A stretch of 64,000 bases of DNA from Squalus acanthias (lineage: Eukaryota): positions 143,780,001 to 143,844,000 of the forward strand of contig CM059431.1 of the NCBI GenBank assembly GCA_030390025.1, written 5' to 3'. Below are positions 60,234 through 64,000 of this stretch, one piece after another (position 1 is the stretch's first letter; every line of letters begins with the position of its first letter). The translations under genes and the position numbers were made by a program. The notes below the pieces were generated by a model. That model was not told where the DNA came from and did not search any database. It saw only the letters and a list, made by a program, of their open reading frames with translations.

Positions 60234-63200
60234 TGCTGACTGAGGAGCAGCAGCAGCAGCAGCAGAGTGGTGGTCTCTGTGACCAGGAAGAGGAGAAGGA
60301 GACCAGACAGCAGACCACCACCAACAACCACTACAACTGAGGTGCCTGGAGAGAGAGGACAGGAGAGGAGAAAGAAAAGAAAGGAAGGCCAAGGCCATTA
60401 ACACCAGAGGAGAGGCCTTTCCATCACTGCCTCCTCAATTGGCCTCCATTTTAGGAGAGGGAGAGAGGGGAGAAAACAACAACAACATCCATCATCTGTT
60501 TGGAAGGAGGGAGGAAGGAAAGAACAACAGCTACAGGTGGGTGTGATTCTGGGGCACTCTCCCAGAGACTTTGTTTTGTAGGTGGGGGGAGGAAAGAAGA
60601 AAAAGAAGAAGGCCGGAACATCTAAGGGGTGTGTGTGTGTGTGGCTTCTGTAAAAGCTAGGCCGCACACACCATATTAAACACCCCTTTCCCATTGCCTG
60701 ACCTGGGACAGCTGGAGCTGCCTAGGTGAAGTCCCCAATTAATTTAATCTTATTGGGCATCGTTAAGACCTGGTGCAGGACTGAGCCTGGGCATCTCCAG
60801 CTATCCCAAGTGAAGACATCTTCTCCCCCCACCAGAAGACCACCACCAAAGACTTTTATTACATCGGAGAGTGCACCCCCCTGCCAACACCCACCCACCC
60901 ACCATCCTGAGTGGCGACCCTGCCCTTGCGGCTTCCCTCCTTCCCACCCCCTCTCTCTCTCTCTTTGTCTCTTGTCTCTCTCTGCCTCTCTCTCTAAGAG
61001 GCACCTCAATCTATTTTAATTAAGTACCTATTGAGCAGAGGGGAGAAGGCCCCTCTCCCAATTCAATCAACTAAAGGGAGAGGTGTGCCTTCAATTTAAG
61101 AGCTCCCTCTGCTCAGGGGAAAACAGAAACAAAAAACCGAGGCCATTAACACCTTCAGGCCTGTGACTTGGGGTGAGTGTAGCCCTTAAAGACCAACCCA
61201 TCATGGCGACCACATCTTCGCCGGTGGCGGGGGCAGCGAGGACATACGCAAGCGTGGCAGCCGCGGCCACGGCCGCAGCCACGAGTCCTCCTGTTACCCC
61301 GTCACCTTTTACCCTCCTTACGAGGAAGAATGGGTCAAGAGCTACACTCACCCCAATATGACAATAGAGGCGTGCGTAAAAGCCATGGCTGGGGTTGTCG
61401 GCCCTTCAGCCATCGTCGCCGCCTCTAAAATGTACGGCATGGCTGTGTTCTTCCTGGGGTCGGAGCGGGCGGTGTCCCTGGCCATCGAGAAGGGGCTCAC
61501 CGTGGGCGGGACCTTCCTGCCGGTGGACCCCCTTGAGGCCACCGCGCAAAGGATTGTGGTTTCCAACGTCCCGCCCTTTGTTCCGGGTGAGCTCCTCCTC
61601 CCCCACCTACGTCAACTGGGGGAGGTGCGGTCGGGGATCACACCCATCCCGCTCGGCTTCCGGGAAGCCAGCCTTCGGCACGTCTTCTCCTTCCGGCGCC
61701 AGCTTTTCGTCCGGCTGGCGCGGGAGGAGGACGCGGATGGCGCGTTCACGGTGCTCCACGGGGGGACCGCCCACCGCGTCTTCTGGACCTCGGACGGCGT
61801 GCGGTGCTATGCCTGTAAGGAGGTGGGGCACGTCCGCAAAAACTGCCCCGCCTCCAAGGCCGCCACGACACCTGGCGCGGCCAGGGCTGGCGCCGCCGCC
61901 CCCCCTCCCCCTGATACTGTCCGCGTGTCGACGGCGACGGATGCGCGGTCGAAATCGGAGGCCAACACCACCACGGCCTCCGGCGGGGAGGAGGGAGAGC
62001 GTCCGGGGGGAAGGAAGGCGCGTAGGAAAAATAAACACCTAAGGGCGGAACCCCTCGCGGAGGAAACATCAGAGTTGACCGAACTCACGCCCGAGTACAT
62101 CGCGGAGTTGGTCGGGATGCATGAGACTGGGGGGGTCCTCGTGACCGGGCCCATGACCGTGACCGCAACTGCTGAGGCAGCTAAATCAAGACCTGCGGCC
62201 GGGCTCGGGCCCGAGGGGCCCAAGAAACCCAGTCGTCGGAAGGGGGCAGAGAGGGAGGCCCCAGCAGACATGGAGGCCTCCCCCTCTCCGGGCCCCAATA
62301 TGTTAAAAAGAAAGCTCCGCCCCTAGGAGGAGGAGGACTGCGAGGAGGAAGGTCCCTCCGCAGAAGGGGGGGAGTCGCCCGCCGCGGGTGCTGCGCCCAA
62401 CCCCACCACCGTCATCATCGCGCGCGATCGGCGGGGGTCGTCTGTCCCTCGGGAGGGTGAGACAGCCGAGTCTGTCCGACCTGTGCCTCCCGGGGATGGG
62501 GAAGAGACCCTGCCCGTGGGGGGGGGTGCGGCACAACCCGCGGAGGGAAATGTAGTTCCGGAACCGTTGCTCCTCGCCGGGTCGGGCGTCCTGGGGACTG
62601 GGGCGGGCGAGGCCAAAGAGGCTGAAGCCGAGTCCGCCTTTTATAACCCAGACATCTCCCAGGGACTGCTCGACCTGGTGGAGGAGTGTAGCAGTCCCCG
62701 GCCCGCTGGGTCGGAGGTTGGTGGCGGGGAGACGGAAAGCCCCCTGACTCCGTCTCTGTTGTTGGCGCCGGACGTGCTGGAGGAATTTGGGATTATTTTC
62801 TCCCCGGTTTCTCCGGTCGCCCCGGCGCCTGAGGCGGGGGGGGGGCCCGAACCGCCGCCGCCGCCTTCCGGCCGGCGCCCCTGAAGGAGCCCAGGGTGGA
62901 CTCCTCTGCCACCGATCCTGGGGGTGGGATCATGACGGAGGCGGGGCCAGCCGGTGCGGCCGAGCCGTTCGCTGCACCCTGTGTGATGGACGGGTTGGCC
63001 GCCGGTGACGACCTCCCGGAGGAGGACGGGGACTCGGTGTTGGGCATCGAGGACGATTTGGATTCCATCGGCAGCGAGGTGATGGACGCCCTCGTGCCCT
63101 TCACCGACTCTCCCCTCATCCCCGTAGGGGAACTCCGGGATTTTATGGCCATGAGCCAGGGTCGTCACAAGAAGATCCGGCTGGCCCTCGACAAGTGGTC

Positions 63201-64000
63201 GGAACTGGCGCTGCTCGTCGTGTCCGTCCGCGCCGCCGTTAAAATCATGGGCGCGGACAAGGACGTTGGCCGGCTCGAGCTGCGTCAGCTCAAGAGTTTC
63301 CACACTGGGCTGCTGAGGGAGTGGCGGTCGTCAGTGACCGCGCTCCCTCCCCTCCGTTAGGTAGAGGTTGCACTATGCTTCTGAGATGAAGATAACCATA
63401 GCCAGCCTCAACATCAAGGGCAGCAGGGAGGCGCGCCGTAGAGTCAATAACTTCTCGGTCCTTCGGGACGGGAAATATGCGGTGTGCTTCCTGCAAGAAA
63501 CCCACACCATTCCGGGAGACGAGGCCATGTGGCTCCTGGAGTGGCAAGGAGGGGTCAGCATGAGTCACCTCTCTAACAATTCCTGCGGGGTGGCTGTCTT
63601 GCTGGCCCCGCATTTTCAGTCGGAGATCTTGAGGGTCAAGGAGCACGTGCCGGGCCGCTTGCTCCAGGTCACTGTTCGCCTGGGAGGCGTGCCGCTCCAT
63701 TTAGTGAACGTGTACGCCCCCCGGACCGGTGCGCAGCAAGTGCGCTTCTTCGGAGAAGTGTTCGCTCTTCTGGGCTCCATTGACGTGGGCGAGTGCGTCA
63801 TCCTCGGGGGGGATTTCAATTGTACCCTCGAGGCGCGGGACCGGTCGGGTCCCCCGCGAAGCCCGGAGGCGATGGAGAAGTTGCGGGACCTGGTCGGGTC
63901 CTTCGACTTGGTGGACGTCTGGCGAAATCTCCATCCCGACTCCAGCGCCTTCACGAGCGTGAGGTCTGGAGGAGGAAGGTCCAGAATTGACCGCCTTTAC
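60234..64000 (+). mobile_element. Tx1 copy 6, runs off the window (ORF1 61203-63360 with frameshifts and TAG at 62324; ORF2 starts 63386)
   Basis: It is homologous to copies 1-5 and appears to carry the most private substitutions. Confidence 0.93.

Noticed and set aside
25272..63990. Many overlapping and antisense ORFs of 60-330 aa within the Tx1 copies
   Set aside because: They are expected shadows of GC-rich, stop-poor coding sequence. They show no recognisable domains and recur only because the unit repeats.

Overview
This is eukaryotic, repeat-dense DNA. The CR1, L2, Penelope-like and Harbinger content suggests a cartilaginous fish (shark), which is an inference. No host protein-coding gene is supported. 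Bases 1-19.6 kb hold decayed CR1/L2 LINE fragments, a TSD-flanked palindromic Penelope-like remnant, a 61-bp minisatellite, a near-perfect 2,885-bp tandem duplication with an older third copy, and a 5'-truncated CR1 inserted into the minisatellite. Bases 19.7-24.2 kb hold a Harbinger-type MITE and a PIF/Harbinger element whose 382-aa DDE transposase is intact but whose convergent, spliced Myb/SANT-partner gene has lost its first exon. From 24.35 kb to the end is a head-to-tail array of at least six ~7.17-kb Tx1-clade non-LTR retrotransposons (ORF1 with CCHC knuckle; ORF2 APE-RT-CCHC). Each of the five visible 3' ends is joined to the same sequence, CAACACCAGGTTATAG, which belongs to a Penelope-like terminal repeat. 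Each internal junction regenerates 53 bp of that target, and sequence variants change stepwise along the array. The best candidate for an undescribed system is therefore a sequence-specific Tx1 family that targets another retroelement's terminal repeat, rebuilds its own target and grows a polarized, time-ordered array. All alignments and structures were read by eye, and repeat-family names come from recall rather than a database search.
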